Shown: positions 18,662 to 28,407, numbered from the stretch's first letter. The stretch: DNA of 64,000 nucleotides from Candidatus Thorarchaeota archaeon (GCA_048882325.1 JBHLRS010000009.1:4207-68206), one strand, 5' to 3'. Notes: generated from the letters alone by a model not told the origin. Translations and numbers: made by a program.

Positions 18662-18808
18662 TTAGTCATCAACAGTTTCCCATATATGACTACAGCGCGG
18701 GCAACGCCACTTCTTTCGGTACTTGCCGCCCCCAAACATCTCTTTTCGGACCAGGGCGACCTCATTGAACCCGCATCTTGAGCATGTTATTTCGTCCATG
18801 TGACGCAT
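18662..18808 (-). CDS. Small zinc-ribbon protein of 48 aa, below the ORF-track length cutoff.
   Basis: Hand translation gives MRHMDEITCSRCGFNEVALVRKEMFGGGKYRKKWRCPRCSHIWETVDD with a C-x2-C-x23-C-x2-C arrangement. It is divergent from the S3Ae gene. Confidence 0.35.
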   Translation of the reverse strand: MRHMDEITCSRCGFNEVALVRKEMFGGGKYRKKWRCPRCSHIWETVDD

Positions 18809-18972
18809 CTCAAACCTCAAAGAACATGAATATCATATCTAGTTTTGCCAGCTGTATCGGGACATGTCGCAATGTTTTTATTAGACTCGTAAGATGTCGG
18901 CGCGTTTCTGTGGTTAACCGCCATAGAGCGGTTCATGACTTCTGGAGTTTCCAGTAAGAGTGTGATATTCAG

Positions 18973-19626
18973 ATGTCCTCAAAAAGTAGACAAGCAGCGG
19001 CAAGGACCAGGGATAAGTGGCGAGAGAAGATCTGGTATCAGATCCTTGCTCCGGACTATTTCGAAAACAAAGATATAGGCAAGACGCCAGCAGTCGCTCC
19101 TGAGCAGCTGATTGGAAGAACTGTTCAGCCTACATTGTATGATATAACTGGGGACTTCGATCGGATACATGTTAAACTTCGATTTAAAATAATGGAAGTT
19201 GCAGGACAACAAGCAAAGACTGTGTTCTATGGACATGAATGGAGTTCTGATTACCTCAGAGGACTAGTTCGAAGAGGAACTTCTAGGATTGACTGGATTG
19301 GCCCGATTCTGACCAAGGACGACTATTTGATGCGCATATCAGTCATTGTCTTCACAACCACCCGTGCGAAGACAAGCCAGGAACATGCAGTCAGAAGAGC
19401 AACAGAGAAGGTCATTCGTGCACATGCAAAGAAGCATGTCTTTGATGAGCTTGTTCAGAAAGTGATTCTCGGCGATCTTGCTTCAGAGGTACACGAAGAG
19501 GTCAAGAAGATTATCCCAATTCGTGAGTGTGAGATTAGAAAAAGCAAGGTACTGAAGGGACCTGAGGAAGTCAAAATCAGAAGAGCTAGACTTCGCAGAG
19601 GCACTGAGAAAGAAAAGGAAACCTAG
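18973..19626 (+). CDS. rps3ae: Ribosomal protein S3Ae (eS1).
   Basis: Conserved blocks KWREKIWY..IxAP, GRTVQPTLYDITGDF and FYGHEWSSDYLRGLVRRG. Confidence 0.85.
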   Translation: MSSKSRQAAARTRDKWREKIWYQILAPDYFENKDIGKTPAVAPEQLIGRTVQPTLYDITGDFDRIHVKLRFKIMEVAGQQAKTVFYGHEWSSDYLRGLVRRGTSRIDWIGPILTKDDYLMRISVIVFTTTRAKTSQEHAVRRATEKVIRAHAKKHVFDELVQKVILGDLASEVHEEVKKIIPIRECEIRKSKVLKGPEEVKIRRARLRRGTEKEKET

Positions 19627-19633
19627 AGGGTTT

Positions 19634-19996
19634 CTATGCACTCATACTCTCAAGCTTGTGAAGAGCTTGTAGCAGAAGTACCATTAGGTTTGCTAGCTTA
19701 GTGAGGGCTTCAGTGTCTGTTTCATTATCGACAACCTCATTGAGAGCTTTCAGTTTGTTGATCAGGGTTTCTCTGAGTCCTGGGATTAATATCTTGACAG
19801 CTTGCACTTCTACTTCCTCATCTGACTGTGCGTATACTATCCGTCTATCACACTTGGCACAGTAGATGTCATCTTTCACCTTGAATAGAGGAGAGCCACA
19901 CTGAGGACATGCATCAGCTAGCATTGTTGCTCCCTGTCGCAAGAGTTCAGCCATTCGTTTTACAGAAGTGTCATCATTGTCACTCATTGTGCTCAC
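19634..19996 (-). CDS. UPF0148 / SSSCA1-like zinc-ribbon protein.
   Basis: The family hallmark LLRQGATMLADACPQCGSPLFKVKDDIYCAKCD. Confidence 0.55.
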   Translation of the reverse strand: MSTMSDNDDTSVKRMAELLRQGATMLADACPQCGSPLFKVKDDIYCAKCDRRIVYAQSDEEVEVQAVKILIPGLRETLINKLKALNEVVDNETDTEALTKLANLMVLLLQALHKLESMSA

Positions 19997-20145
19997 TTGT
20001 AAACAGGGGTTTGTTGAGATATAAGAGAAGCTGCATTACTATGGTGTCATCTGCGGGCTGAATATATACTCACAAACCGTTAGGTGTGATGAAAACGTTG
20101 ATATGGTTAACTCGATGATTTGCAATTGTTGTTCGCACTCCGTTT

Positions 20146-20439
20146 GTGCGTAAAGACCATTCAGAGGTGAGTCCTTTGGACCCCGAAATACAGAAGAGCA
20201 TAGACCAGTCTAAACACCTCCTAAAACAGATATCGGAGGATTCCTCTGTTCCCAGGAACATTAGGCGCGCAGCAAATGAAGCAATTACTGTTCTTGAGAA
20301 TGAAACAGACTCTCCAGCTGTGAGAGCGCAGAATGCGATATCAATCTTGGATGAGCCAAGCCAAGACCCGAACTGTCCAAACCATGCTCGGACTAAGATT
20401 TGGCATGTTTCCAGCCTGCTGGAGCCAATTCGTGACTAG
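20146..20439 (+). CDS. UPF0147 family protein.
   Basis: Conserved SSVPRNIRRAANEA motif. The C-terminal IWHVSSLLE resembles the family consensus. Confidence 0.5.
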   Translation: MRKDHSEVSPLDPEIQKSIDQSKHLLKQISEDSSVPRNIRRAANEAITVLENETDSPAVRAQNAISILDEPSQDPNCPNHARTKIWHVSSLLEPIRD

Positions 20440-20525
20440 CTCTGTTTGGGACGTAGTGGTGATTCAACAAGACCAACCAGAACCTAGCAAGGTATTGGAA
20501 AGGTACCCATTCCCCGGGCCAGTGT

Positions 20526-22001
20526 TTGCTCATGATAAAGGCGAGGATAAGAGGCATCTATTCGCAATCGTTGACGCAGATTATGCTGCAAAATCACTTT
20601 GACATAGTGCAGCCCACTCCGGAGGTGGCAAGAAGATTTGGTCTCCCTTATCGGAGTGATATTCCAGATGTGGACATTTGGGATAGGAGTGATCTTCAGG
20701 GAATTGTGGCGATTGCATATGAGTCAGTTTTAACTCGTCTTACTGATGTATTACGTAGGAGACTTGGCGGTGTCATAACAAGGACTCCAAGGGTCGCTAA
20801 GAGCTCGGTCTATAGAGGAATTGTCCTTGGAAAAGATGAAAGAACGGGACAAACAAAGGTTGACTTAGGTACAATCTCTGGACTTCTGCCAGACAGGGGA
20901 CTTAAGAGAGGTCAACAAATCATGGTCCAGATACGTGCCCATGATTATGGACGGAAAGCTCCAGTTCTATCATCAAGCATTACCATCCCTGGACAAGCCG
21001 CTGTTCTGCTTCCTGAGCCGGTCGTTAGACTCAGCACCAAGATAAAGGATCAGGAGTCTCGCAGGAATCTGCTAACTCTTGGTCGGAAAATTCGCGAACA
21101 CACGGAGAACTGGGGAGTGCTGTGGAGAACAGCTGCGGAGCGGCTGACTGAGGAAGAGCTACGTGAAGAGGTCGATGACCTTCTTGACACTGCACAACAG
21201 GTGTACAACAAGTATAATGAACTGGAAACCGCAGGAATTCTGTTCGAGGGTACTAGTAATGCCGATATTGAGTTCCCTTTAGAAGTGAAAGATGCGCTCG
21301 ATAAGACGCGCGCAAAGATCAAACCAACACTCGCACGACATCATTTTTACAAAAGCGCTGGTTATGCATCACTTGTTGACCTAGCAGAGATGATTATCGA
21401 GGACCGTCCCGAGGAGCGAAGCTATGTCACTTCCAAGCTAGAGAAGGTGGTTTCACGAGACCTACCCAGAATCGATGACTCAATCAACATCGAACATGTG
21501 AAACTGGATGGAAGGAATATTGTGCTTGCACGAGGACGGGTAGCTGAAACTACATCTAAGGGATTCATTATCAGAAGACAGTTCAGACACACAAATCGGA
21601 AACTGAAGATGAACCAAGATACTCACGAGAGTGTTGATGTGGTCAGTAGTGAGGGTGATTATGCCCTGACTCAAGTAGTGCCAGCTGCGCTTTCACTAGT
21701 AACCAACTATTATTCCCGTGATGGACATCTCAAGGGTACTTATGTCAATATCAATACAGGTGTTGAGGTGTACCCGAGTAATGGTAACAGTCCTGGTAGA
21801 ATACGATATGTGGATTTGGAGATAGATGTGGTTAAGGCACCAATCACTGAAAACCCACGTATTATAGACCAGCATCTTCTGAAAAGAGCAGTCCAAAGAG
21901 GATTCATCACTGAGGAAATGGCTGAGGCATCACGTTCGAAGGCGCAAGCAATCTGCGACGAGTTGATGGTGTCGAGAGAACTCAGTACAGAAGCAATGTG
22001 A
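20526..22001 (+). CDS. FAU-1-like RNA-binding protein / RNase E/G-like with an S1 domain and a C-terminal DUF402.
   Basis: The N-terminal IRGIYSQSLTQIMLQNHFDIVQP block is typical of FAU-1. An S1-like segment is present. The C-terminal GTYVNINTGVEVYP...RYVDLEIDV resembles the DUF402 domain. Confidence 0.6.
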   Translation: MLMIKARIRGIYSQSLTQIMLQNHFDIVQPTPEVARRFGLPYRSDIPDVDIWDRSDLQGIVAIAYESVLTRLTDVLRRRLGGVITRTPRVAKSSVYRGIVLGKDERTGQTKVDLGTISGLLPDRGLKRGQQIMVQIRAHDYGRKAPVLSSSITIPGQAAVLLPEPVVRLSTKIKDQESRRNLLTLGRKIREHTENWGVLWRTAAERLTEEELREEVDDLLDTAQQVYNKYNELETAGILFEGTSNADIEFPLEVKDALDKTRAKIKPTLARHHFYKSAGYASLVDLAEMIIEDRPEERSYVTSKLEKVVSRDLPRIDDSINIEHVKLDGRNIVLARGRVAETTSKGFIIRRQFRHTNRKLKMNQDTHESVDVVSSEGDYALTQVVPAALSLVTNYYSRDGHLKGTYVNINTGVEVYPSNGNSPGRIRYVDLEIDVVKAPITENPRIIDQHLLKRAVQRGFITEEMAEASRSKAQAICDELMVSRELSTEAM

Positions 22002-22015
22002 ATCAAACAAGTGGT

Positions 22016-22255
22016 TTAATCGACAGAATCAGAGGTTCTCAATGACAGATCTATTGCGCTCATTATGTCCTCAAGAGTTGCAGCCAAACTCTCTAAAGAA
22101 CGTGAAGAACGGATTATGACATTCACTTTTCGATCATCCAATGAGCATTCAATGTCAAGACCTTCTGGCAACGGAGTATTGTCAGGAGAGACTGCTGAGA
22201 GTGTCCTTCTTGCTTCTTCATCAGACTCAAATTCCAATTGAATGTGTGCAATCAA
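22016..22255 (-). CDS. pcc1: KEOPS subunit Pcc1-like, 79 aa.
   Basis: Pattern IAHIQLEFESDEEARRTLSAVSPD ... KVNVIIRSSRSLESLAATLEDIMSAIDLSL matches the Pcc1 beta-alpha-beta layout (xIEhEF.SEE.A...). Confidence 0.5.
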   Translation of the reverse strand: MIAHIQLEFESDEEARRTLSAVSPDNTPLPEGLDIECSLDDRKVNVIIRSSRSLESLAATLEDIMSAIDLSLRTSDSVD

Positions 22256-23601
22256 GAGGAGGCCCCCTTCTTTGTTTTGGGACCTACTGATTTGAGTACA
22301 TCTTCTTTAGATTCTGGTGCAAGTCCTTTGAGCATGAGGGACTTTGGTGATGTTAGAACTGGTTCTAGATTCATCTTCTGCAATGATTGAATTACATGAT
22401 TAGTATCTATGTCCTGAGACGTCCAGATGACAACTGATGATTCATCGCTACTCATTAGGAGTGGACGTTCCTGACTGACAATACCGCTCTGAAGAACAAC
22501 TCGGCCTACATCTGTCAGAAGTTCACACTGGACACCCGCAATCTCAATCGATGTGCTTGTTTCAGTAGATGTCCCCTTCAATTTCGTTTCCAGTCGTTCG
22601 ATTGTTGAAATGACATCCTTATGATGATTCAGATAGGTATCAATCATATTTCGTAATGCTCTTCCGCGGTCTCCTATCCAGACACTCATAGCGGCACCTT
22701 GTTCTTGTCGGGCCCAAGCAGTCGCAGCTATGGCTTCAAGTCCTGATAGATATCGAAGTGGACTGGTTTCATTTTCCAGGGTGAGAATGTAGTCAGTCCC
22801 AAGAATATGCGGGATGATGCTTGGCCCGATTGTGTTGAGGAGTTTTGATGTTAGATGTTGTGTGAAATTCTGAGCCTCTGAATTGCTCAATGTACTCATT
22901 GGAGAACGCAGCTTGGTGATAGGGATTTCCGACTCGTTGAGCAATGTGTCGCATGCCTTTTGGTTTCCGCTTATACCTCTGATGAATGGACGCGTGCTAT
23001 AGAGCAGCAATTCATCGAGTGGTAAGAAACCAAATCCAAATATTCTGACCCCTTTGCGTTCCTCAATCAAGTTCCTCTCTTTGGCTTGTTTAACCAAATC
23101 CTTGTTCGCTTTAGGGGTTAATTTGGAAAATTCAGTATGGAGTAAGGTTGCCGCAGCTGCAATCTGTAATTCATAGTCATAGGAGGAGAAACATTCTTCT
23201 AAAAATGCAAAGACGGCAGCAGCTATTGTGTTACGAGTACCAAGTGTAAATGATTCAACCTGTTCTGATTCCGTCGTCCCCCCTATAAAAAGAGGGTAGC
23301 CCTCACCTTTCCGGATTTTCTTTTTTCCAACAGTATCGATTCCAACAAGAATGATAGACATTGATTCATACTTTGTTCTCAACTCATTTACTGCGTCCAA
23401 ACTCATGAGTGGGGACTCATATGAAATATGAAATGCTCCACCTGACCTCATGATTGCTCTAGATAGTAGGGCAGTGGCTAAAGTGGAGATTGGATCAAGA
23501 GAAGACACAAGGAGTACTTGTTTGTCATCTCTGAATTGGATTTCAGCACACTGCTTTTTCAACGACTTGAGCGACAGCGAGCCACGTGTTTTTTTACTCA
23601 T
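22252..23601 (-). CDS. Hypothetical 449-aa protein, translationally coupled to pcc1.
   Basis: Long ORF on the same strand as pcc1 with an ATGA-type start-stop overlap. No canonical motifs were recognised (DHH/RecJ motifs were looked for and not found). Confidence 0.5.
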   Translation of the reverse strand: MSKKTRGSLSLKSLKKQCAEIQFRDDKQVLLVSSLDPISTLATALLSRAIMRSGGAFHISYESPLMSLDAVNELRTKYESMSIILVGIDTVGKKKIRKGEGYPLFIGGTTESEQVESFTLGTRNTIAAAVFAFLEECFSSYDYELQIAAAATLLHTEFSKLTPKANKDLVKQAKERNLIEERKGVRIFGFGFLPLDELLLYSTRPFIRGISGNQKACDTLLNESEIPITKLRSPMSTLSNSEAQNFTQHLTSKLLNTIGPSIIPHILGTDYILTLENETSPLRYLSGLEAIAATAWARQEQGAAMSVWIGDRGRALRNMIDTYLNHHKDVISTIERLETKLKGTSTETSTSIEIAGVQCELLTDVGRVVLQSGIVSQERPLLMSSDESSVVIWTSQDIDTNHVIQSLQKMNLEPVLTSPKSLMLKGLAPESKEDVLKSVGPKTKKGASS

Positions 23602-23634
23602 TTCATGAGAACGGGGTGGTTGTTTATGATAAAA

Positions 23635-24096
23635 CTATCTCAAAAGTACAGCAGCCTGATCAGGACTGTATCTCCAATCTGCAGGAAGTATTTTCTTTTT
23701 ACGGTAGTACTTTGAGAGTCGATGGATTTTACTTTCTACTAGTTGAAGACCTCGTTTGGAGACATAGTCTTTCTTGTTCTCTTCCAAGTGTCTTCGAATT
23801 GTGACCGCCTTTGTGATCATATTCCGAAGGTCTTCAGGTACACGTTTCTGAAGATCATTCTCACGAAGAATGTCCATGACTCTTTTACCAGCAATTACTC
23901 GAACTAGAGGTACACCATATTGATCCCGAAGAATCTTACCTATCATGGATGGCGTGTTTCCACCTTTGGCAAGTTCTATTACTTTTGCTTCTACCCACTG
24001 GGCGTCTTTCTCTTTATCCATCCACTCAGGGATTCTCAATGTGGAGGGGCGTTTGCTGCCAGATTGACCTTTGCGCCTTGTGTGCATTCTTGCCAT
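23635..24096 (-). CDS. rps15: Ribosomal protein S15P/S13e (uS15).
   Basis: The hallmark N-terminus MARMHTRRKGQSGSKRP and a conserved C-terminal half. Confidence 0.9.
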   Translation of the reverse strand: MARMHTRRKGQSGSKRPSTLRIPEWMDKEKDAQWVEAKVIELAKGGNTPSMIGKILRDQYGVPLVRVIAGKRVMDILRENDLQKRVPEDLRNMITKAVTIRRHLEENKKDYVSKRGLQLVESKIHRLSKYYRKKKILPADWRYSPDQAAVLLR

Positions 24097-24190
24097 TGGA
24101 ACTACCTCTAAGTCCAGTGATACCCTCAGAAACCGGGTCTGCCCCTCCGCCTAAGGCTGTGGATATAAAGATTACCTTGTGGCGAGTCTG

Positions 24191-24832
24191 CTAGTGATAT
24201 CTGCCCCGCTCACGGATTTCGCTCATTCTTGACAAAACTGGTTCTGCTGCAGCTCCTAGAACGTCAACATAGCCCTCAATTGTTGCATCTAACATGGTTT
24301 CCTGAAGATCCCAGTGAGTCGTTTCTAATGCTCTATGGATTAGATGAAGATCAACACCCTTCATCTCGACTGTTGCGTTCATCTCGGAAAGTCCGAAGTC
24401 TACAATCCACAGACGTGATTTTTCATCTACAATGATGTTACTGGTAGTTGGGTCTCCATGGACTACATTTCCTTCATGAAGAAAAGCAATTAGTCTACCA
24501 AAATTGTTACTAAATGCAGTTAGGTTCGATTGAGATACTTGTCCAGCCAACTGCTTGAGCTGAGTTCCCGGTATAAAGTCCATCAGAATAGTGTATTTCT
24601 CAAGATTCACAGAGTATATCGCTGGAGTTGGTACACCAAGCGTTCGCGAAACTGTCATCATTTTGCATTCTCTACTAGTTCTTATCTTTCTAAGATATGC
24701 ATCTATTTCTTGAAGAAGATACGACTTCCCTTGACGCCATTTTAGTGCATAGGTAGACCCCCATTGTTCCACCTTGTAGATGACCGATTCTGCGCCTAAA
24801 GCCAAAACTTGTTTCATCAAGTCTACCTCCAT
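24191..24832 (-). CDS. bud32: KEOPS kinase Bud32 (RIO-type atypical kinase).
   Basis: Catalytic HGDPTTSNIIV and DFG (IVDFGLSE). Short kinase size. It overlaps kae1 by 10 nt. Confidence 0.8.
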   Translation of the reverse strand: MEVDLMKQVLALGAESVIYKVEQWGSTYALKWRQGKSYLLQEIDAYLRKIRTSRECKMMTVSRTLGVPTPAIYSVNLEKYTILMDFIPGTQLKQLAGQVSQSNLTAFSNNFGRLIAFLHEGNVVHGDPTTSNIIVDEKSRLWIVDFGLSEMNATVEMKGVDLHLIHRALETTHWDLQETMLDATIEGYVDVLGAAAEPVLSRMSEIRERGRYH

Positions 24833-25809
24833 AATATATCTTGGTCATCTGTACGCCATTTTGGTAGCACATGTGAGTTCTCCACTTCTACTTGTTGACC
24901 TGCGTTATACTGAAGAATTCCATTCCAAGCAATCATTGCACCTTGGTCACCAGCTAATGACGGAGACACACGATGAAATGCAGCCTCATGTCTTTTGGCG
25001 ACACCGTCCAGGATTTCGGTGAGACGATTATTACGCGCTACGCCGCCTGTCAAAAGAAGTTCATTTTTCTTGGTGTGTGCTATTGCACGTTCAGCTATCT
25101 CTGCAATCATCCCAAACGCTGTTTCTTGGACACTGTAGCAGATATCCGGTATAGAAACGCTCTCTGTCCGAAGTCTTTTTGCAGCAGTCAACATTCCTGA
25201 ATAACTCAGGTCCATCCCCTTCACGGAGTACGGAAGATTATGGTAGGTTTCTCCGTTCTTGGCTTCTCTTTCAACGATAGGACCAGCTGGAAAATCCATT
25301 CCCAGCTCACGACCAAGCACATCTAGCATATTTCCAATTGCGATGTCCAAAGTTTCACCAAAAGTTCTGAACCTTTTCCCTGCAAATGCAATGACTTGCG
25401 TGTTACCTCCAGAAACATACACTGTCACTGGATCAGTGAAGTTGGACTCCAAACAACCGATTTCAATATGAGCAACACAGTGGTTTACATCTACGAGAGG
25501 AGTCTCTAGTTTGAGGGCTAATGTCCTAGCAATCGTTGCAGTGGTTCTCAAGCAAGGACCAAGACCAGGGCCTCGAGAGAAAGCAATGAGGTCTATGTCT
25601 TGAAATCTGATGCCAGCCTTTCGGATGGCTTCTTTGATTATGCCAGGCCCAAGCTCTGAATGATGACGACTGGCTTCACGCGGGTGGATTCCGCCTTGAG
25701 ATGGTTTGAGCATGTCCCACTCATTTGAAAGAACCTTTCCTTCACTTGTCACAACTCCAGCACCGAACGAGTGAGCGGTTCCTTCGATTCCAAGACAGGT
25801 CATCGTCAT
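24823..25809 (-). CDS. kae1: tRNA N6-adenosine threonylcarbamoyltransferase Kae1.
   Basis: N-terminal LGIEGTAHSFGAGVV. Metal-binding His pairs. ASKH-fold blocks typical of Kae1/TsaD. Confidence 0.9.
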   Translation of the reverse strand: MTMTCLGIEGTAHSFGAGVVTSEGKVLSNEWDMLKPSQGGIHPREASRHHSELGPGIIKEAIRKAGIRFQDIDLIAFSRGPGLGPCLRTTATIARTLALKLETPLVDVNHCVAHIEIGCLESNFTDPVTVYVSGGNTQVIAFAGKRFRTFGETLDIAIGNMLDVLGRELGMDFPAGPIVEREAKNGETYHNLPYSVKGMDLSYSGMLTAAKRLRTESVSIPDICYSVQETAFGMIAEIAERAIAHTKKNELLLTGGVARNNRLTEILDGVAKRHEAAFHRVSPSLAGDQGAMIAWNGILQYNAGQQVEVENSHVLPKWRTDDQDILWR

Positions 25810-25912
25810 CTTTCATTAATCCTGAGAGATATTATGGTAGATTTGTGATATCATCTTAAGTTGACTCTTACGCTTGGACCATATTGAAATGTATCTTCAT
25901 CTAGCAAAGGCT

Positions 25913-25919
25913 TTATAAT
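25913..25919 (+). promoter_or_regulatory. Putative TATA box (tttataa) with a purine-rich BRE-like segment upstream, about 35 nt before the Sm-protein start.
   Basis: The sequence gcaaaggcTTTATAAtgcac sits at an appropriate distance from the ATG at 25954. Confidence 0.3.
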
Positions 25920-25953
25920 GCACTTAGAAGGCCACTCTTGAGAGGTGTCCTGA

Positions 25954-26181
25954 GTGTCAGAGAAGATGCCAATAAAAGCCTTAGAACAGCAACTCAATGA
26001 TATTGTTTCAATCAAACTTAAAGACCAGAGAATATTCCGAGGGCGCTTAACAAGATGCGACATGTATATGAATCTCACACTCGCGGATGCGGAAGAGGTT
26101 GAGGAAGATCAGACCAAAGCAAAATACGGTCAGGTGCTGGTAAGAGGAAACAATATTCTGTGGATTCAGATTCCTGAGTAG
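25954..26181 (+). CDS. Sm-like archaeal protein (SmAP/LSm).
   Basis: Sm1/Sm2 motifs: IFRGRLTRCDMYMNLTLADAEE and GQVLVRGNNILWI. Confidence 0.8.
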   Translation: MSEKMPIKALEQQLNDIVSIKLKDQRIFRGRLTRCDMYMNLTLADAEEVEEDQTKAKYGQVLVRGNNILWIQIPE

Positions 26182-26201
26182 GTCATGGGATTCCACAAGT
26201 T

Positions 26202-28226
26202 CTACCGCTCAATCTCGCGGCGATACCGTTCAACTAGCTCTACCAGCTGATCCTCTCCCTTCTGCCTAGCTTCTTCACGTACATTTCTAATGAATGTCTG
26301 TAGCTGCTGGTTGAACTTGCCACGGCTTATGAAAGCAAATTCATCCACTCGTTGGAGTTCAACTTCTTTAGCGTCAATGACAGGAATAAGTGCCTTAATC
26401 AGCTCTTCCCGTGGGAGATGGGAGAGTGGTGTATCCACAACAACCGCCCTAATCTCACGATCTATTAGTATCCCAGCAGTCTGAGGTCCTCCTCCTGAAG
26501 CGTCTTCGAAGAGAACCACATCTCCACTTTTCAGACCTACTTTACCTACAAAATCCTCTATGCTCTCTCGAGTGAAGTGTGGGATGACTTTAACTGCAAG
26601 CATATCTCCGCGCATTTCCAGTCGTTTCACACCCTTTAGATGTTCGAGACGTTTGCTTAGTGTGTCCACTTGTTTCTTTAACGAAGTTGACTCTCGTCGC
26701 GACTTTTTCAAAGTTGACTTGATTTTCTCAATCTCACGGTCTCGCTTAATCTTCCAGTGATTTTCTCGATTTACTATCTCAAGACTCTCTGTTAGCTCGC
26801 TTTCCCTAAACTTGAGGAATTCAATGAACCGCTGCATATCCTCAATTTTCTCCAACAGAACCTTGTTTTCGGAGTCAAGATGTTCAGTCTTTAGCTTCAA
26901 AGCCTCAAACCGTTCAGGAGTAAGTGGTTCCTCCTGTTCGACAGGTGGTTGCTCTGGAACACTCTCGATGGGTTCTGTTATTTCGCTCTCAATCTTTGCT
27001 AGAGCCTCATTGATTGAAGAGCCTTTTATCACGAGAGCCTTGAGGTAGTTGCGGTCAACAGATAACTGTTCATCCCGTATCATTCTGTCAATCTGCTGCA
27101 ACTTTGGAAGAAGACTCCTGTATGCATAGACAGCAGCTGTTAATGCATCACGTTCATGGGCATTTCTGATCTTCATCTCACTCCCATATTCTCGGGCCAA
27201 TTCCTGCTTGTCTGAAACAGCAATAGGTTTCTTAGGGGTGAAAATGGTCGCATTCACTGTGTGGGCTATTTTCTCAACAAAGTGAGGAACTTGTGGAACA
27301 TCTGAGGCTACAACTGCAGGAATGCCTTTCTCGTACACTTCTCGTATGATGTCTGCTCTGGTGAGTCCCTTCTTACTTCTCAGGACTCGGATTTTACCAT
27401 TCAGTGATAGAAGGCAATATGCTGCTGTCGTGCCTGGATCAATTCCTAGGATGTAATACTTGGGTTTCAGGTCCGATGCCATAGGTCGAGGTTCAAGGGA
27501 GAGAAACTCTACTCTTTTACGAACTGGTGAGATAATGATATTGAAATCCCCACCTCTCTTTGATTCAACAAGACTACGAATTGCTGGTAAAGGAGCATAA
27601 GTGATAAGTCTTGAACTCGCATACCCGAAATCAGATGTACGGACGTCAAGATCATATTCTATCTCAGCAGCCTTCAATTGTGATTCTATGAAGCGAGTCA
27701 TCTGTTGAATTTCTGAGTGTACCCTACGACGATATCTATTTGCGCTTTGTCCGCCTCGTCCAGGTTTACGACCTCTGGTCACTTTGATTTCGGTCTGTTC
27801 TCCAAAGCATTCCAGTGAATAACCGACCCCTCTTGATGCCAACAGTGCTGCAATACGTGCGGATTCCAGTGGTGTGGGTTTGCCTCTGGAAATCAGCCCG
27901 TGACGTTTTGCTAGTATCTTCAGAGGAGTTTGACGAGGTGGGACTCCAGTAACCTGTACGATTCTGGTTTCCGTTGGAATCCTATCAACAAGATGAAAGA
28001 GTGATTTTGTGTCAGGGACTATCTCGAAGATATTATCTGTACAGAGCCACTTGGGTTTGACTTCACGAACCAGTTTCAGTAATGCACCTCTGGATATCTC
28101 TGGATATTCATTCAGGACAATCTCATCTCTAGTAATCACACAAGCGAATTTTGGCGCTCTCTTTGAATTTGCACTGTATGAAGGAAGTATGTCAAAACCT
28201 ATGATGAATACACCATCGTCGCCCAT
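26202..28226 (-). CDS. DUF460/COG2433-type protein with a RuvC/YqgF-like RNase-H-fold domain and a long coiled coil.
   Basis: YILGIDPGTTAAYCLLSLNG resembles the YqgF/RuvC catalytic N-strand. The C-terminal 250 aa are heptad-rich (EALKLKTEHLDSENKVLLEKIEDMQRFIEFLK...). Confidence 0.55.
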   Translation of the reverse strand: MGDDGVFIIGFDILPSYSANSKRAPKFACVITRDEIVLNEYPEISRGALLKLVREVKPKWLCTDNIFEIVPDTKSLFHLVDRIPTETRIVQVTGVPPRQTPLKILAKRHGLISRGKPTPLESARIAALLASRGVGYSLECFGEQTEIKVTRGRKPGRGGQSANRYRRRVHSEIQQMTRFIESQLKAAEIEYDLDVRTSDFGYASSRLITYAPLPAIRSLVESKRGGDFNIIISPVRKRVEFLSLEPRPMASDLKPKYYILGIDPGTTAAYCLLSLNGKIRVLRSKKGLTRADIIREVYEKGIPAVVASDVPQVPHFVEKIAHTVNATIFTPKKPIAVSDKQELAREYGSEMKIRNAHERDALTAAVYAYRSLLPKLQQIDRMIRDEQLSVDRNYLKALVIKGSSINEALAKIESEITEPIESVPEQPPVEQEEPLTPERFEALKLKTEHLDSENKVLLEKIEDMQRFIEFLKFRESELTESLEIVNRENHWKIKRDREIEKIKSTLKKSRRESTSLKKQVDTLSKRLEHLKGVKRLEMRGDMLAVKVIPHFTRESIEDFVGKVGLKSGDVVLFEDASGGGPQTAGILIDREIRAVVVDTPLSHLPREELIKALIPVIDAKEVELQRVDEFAFISRGKFNQQLQTFIRNVREEARQKGEDQLVELVERYRREIER

Positions 28227-28407
28227 TGCAGTACTACAAACTACATAGTGGTATTGAACCTATTTATTCTCTCAATATTGAACAAATGACGAAATTGGTC
28301 ATCCTCAAACAACAACTATAATAAAGCCGGGTTTGAGCAACGACCAATACTCATTCGAGGTGTAACAACTGTCCGAAACACTTGAAATCAACAATGACGA
28401 TGCAATT

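Noticed and set aside
18565-18765. Minus-strand 66-aa ORF
   Set aside because: It overlaps the tRNA-Leu gene. A different frame gives the cleaner 48-aa zinc-ribbon ORF at 18662..18808.
28240-28300. Direct repeat TATTGAAC n28 TATTGAAC upstream of the ArsR-like gene
   Set aside because: An 8-bp repeat in AT-rich intergenic DNA is within chance expectation. A weak operator site is possible but unsupported.
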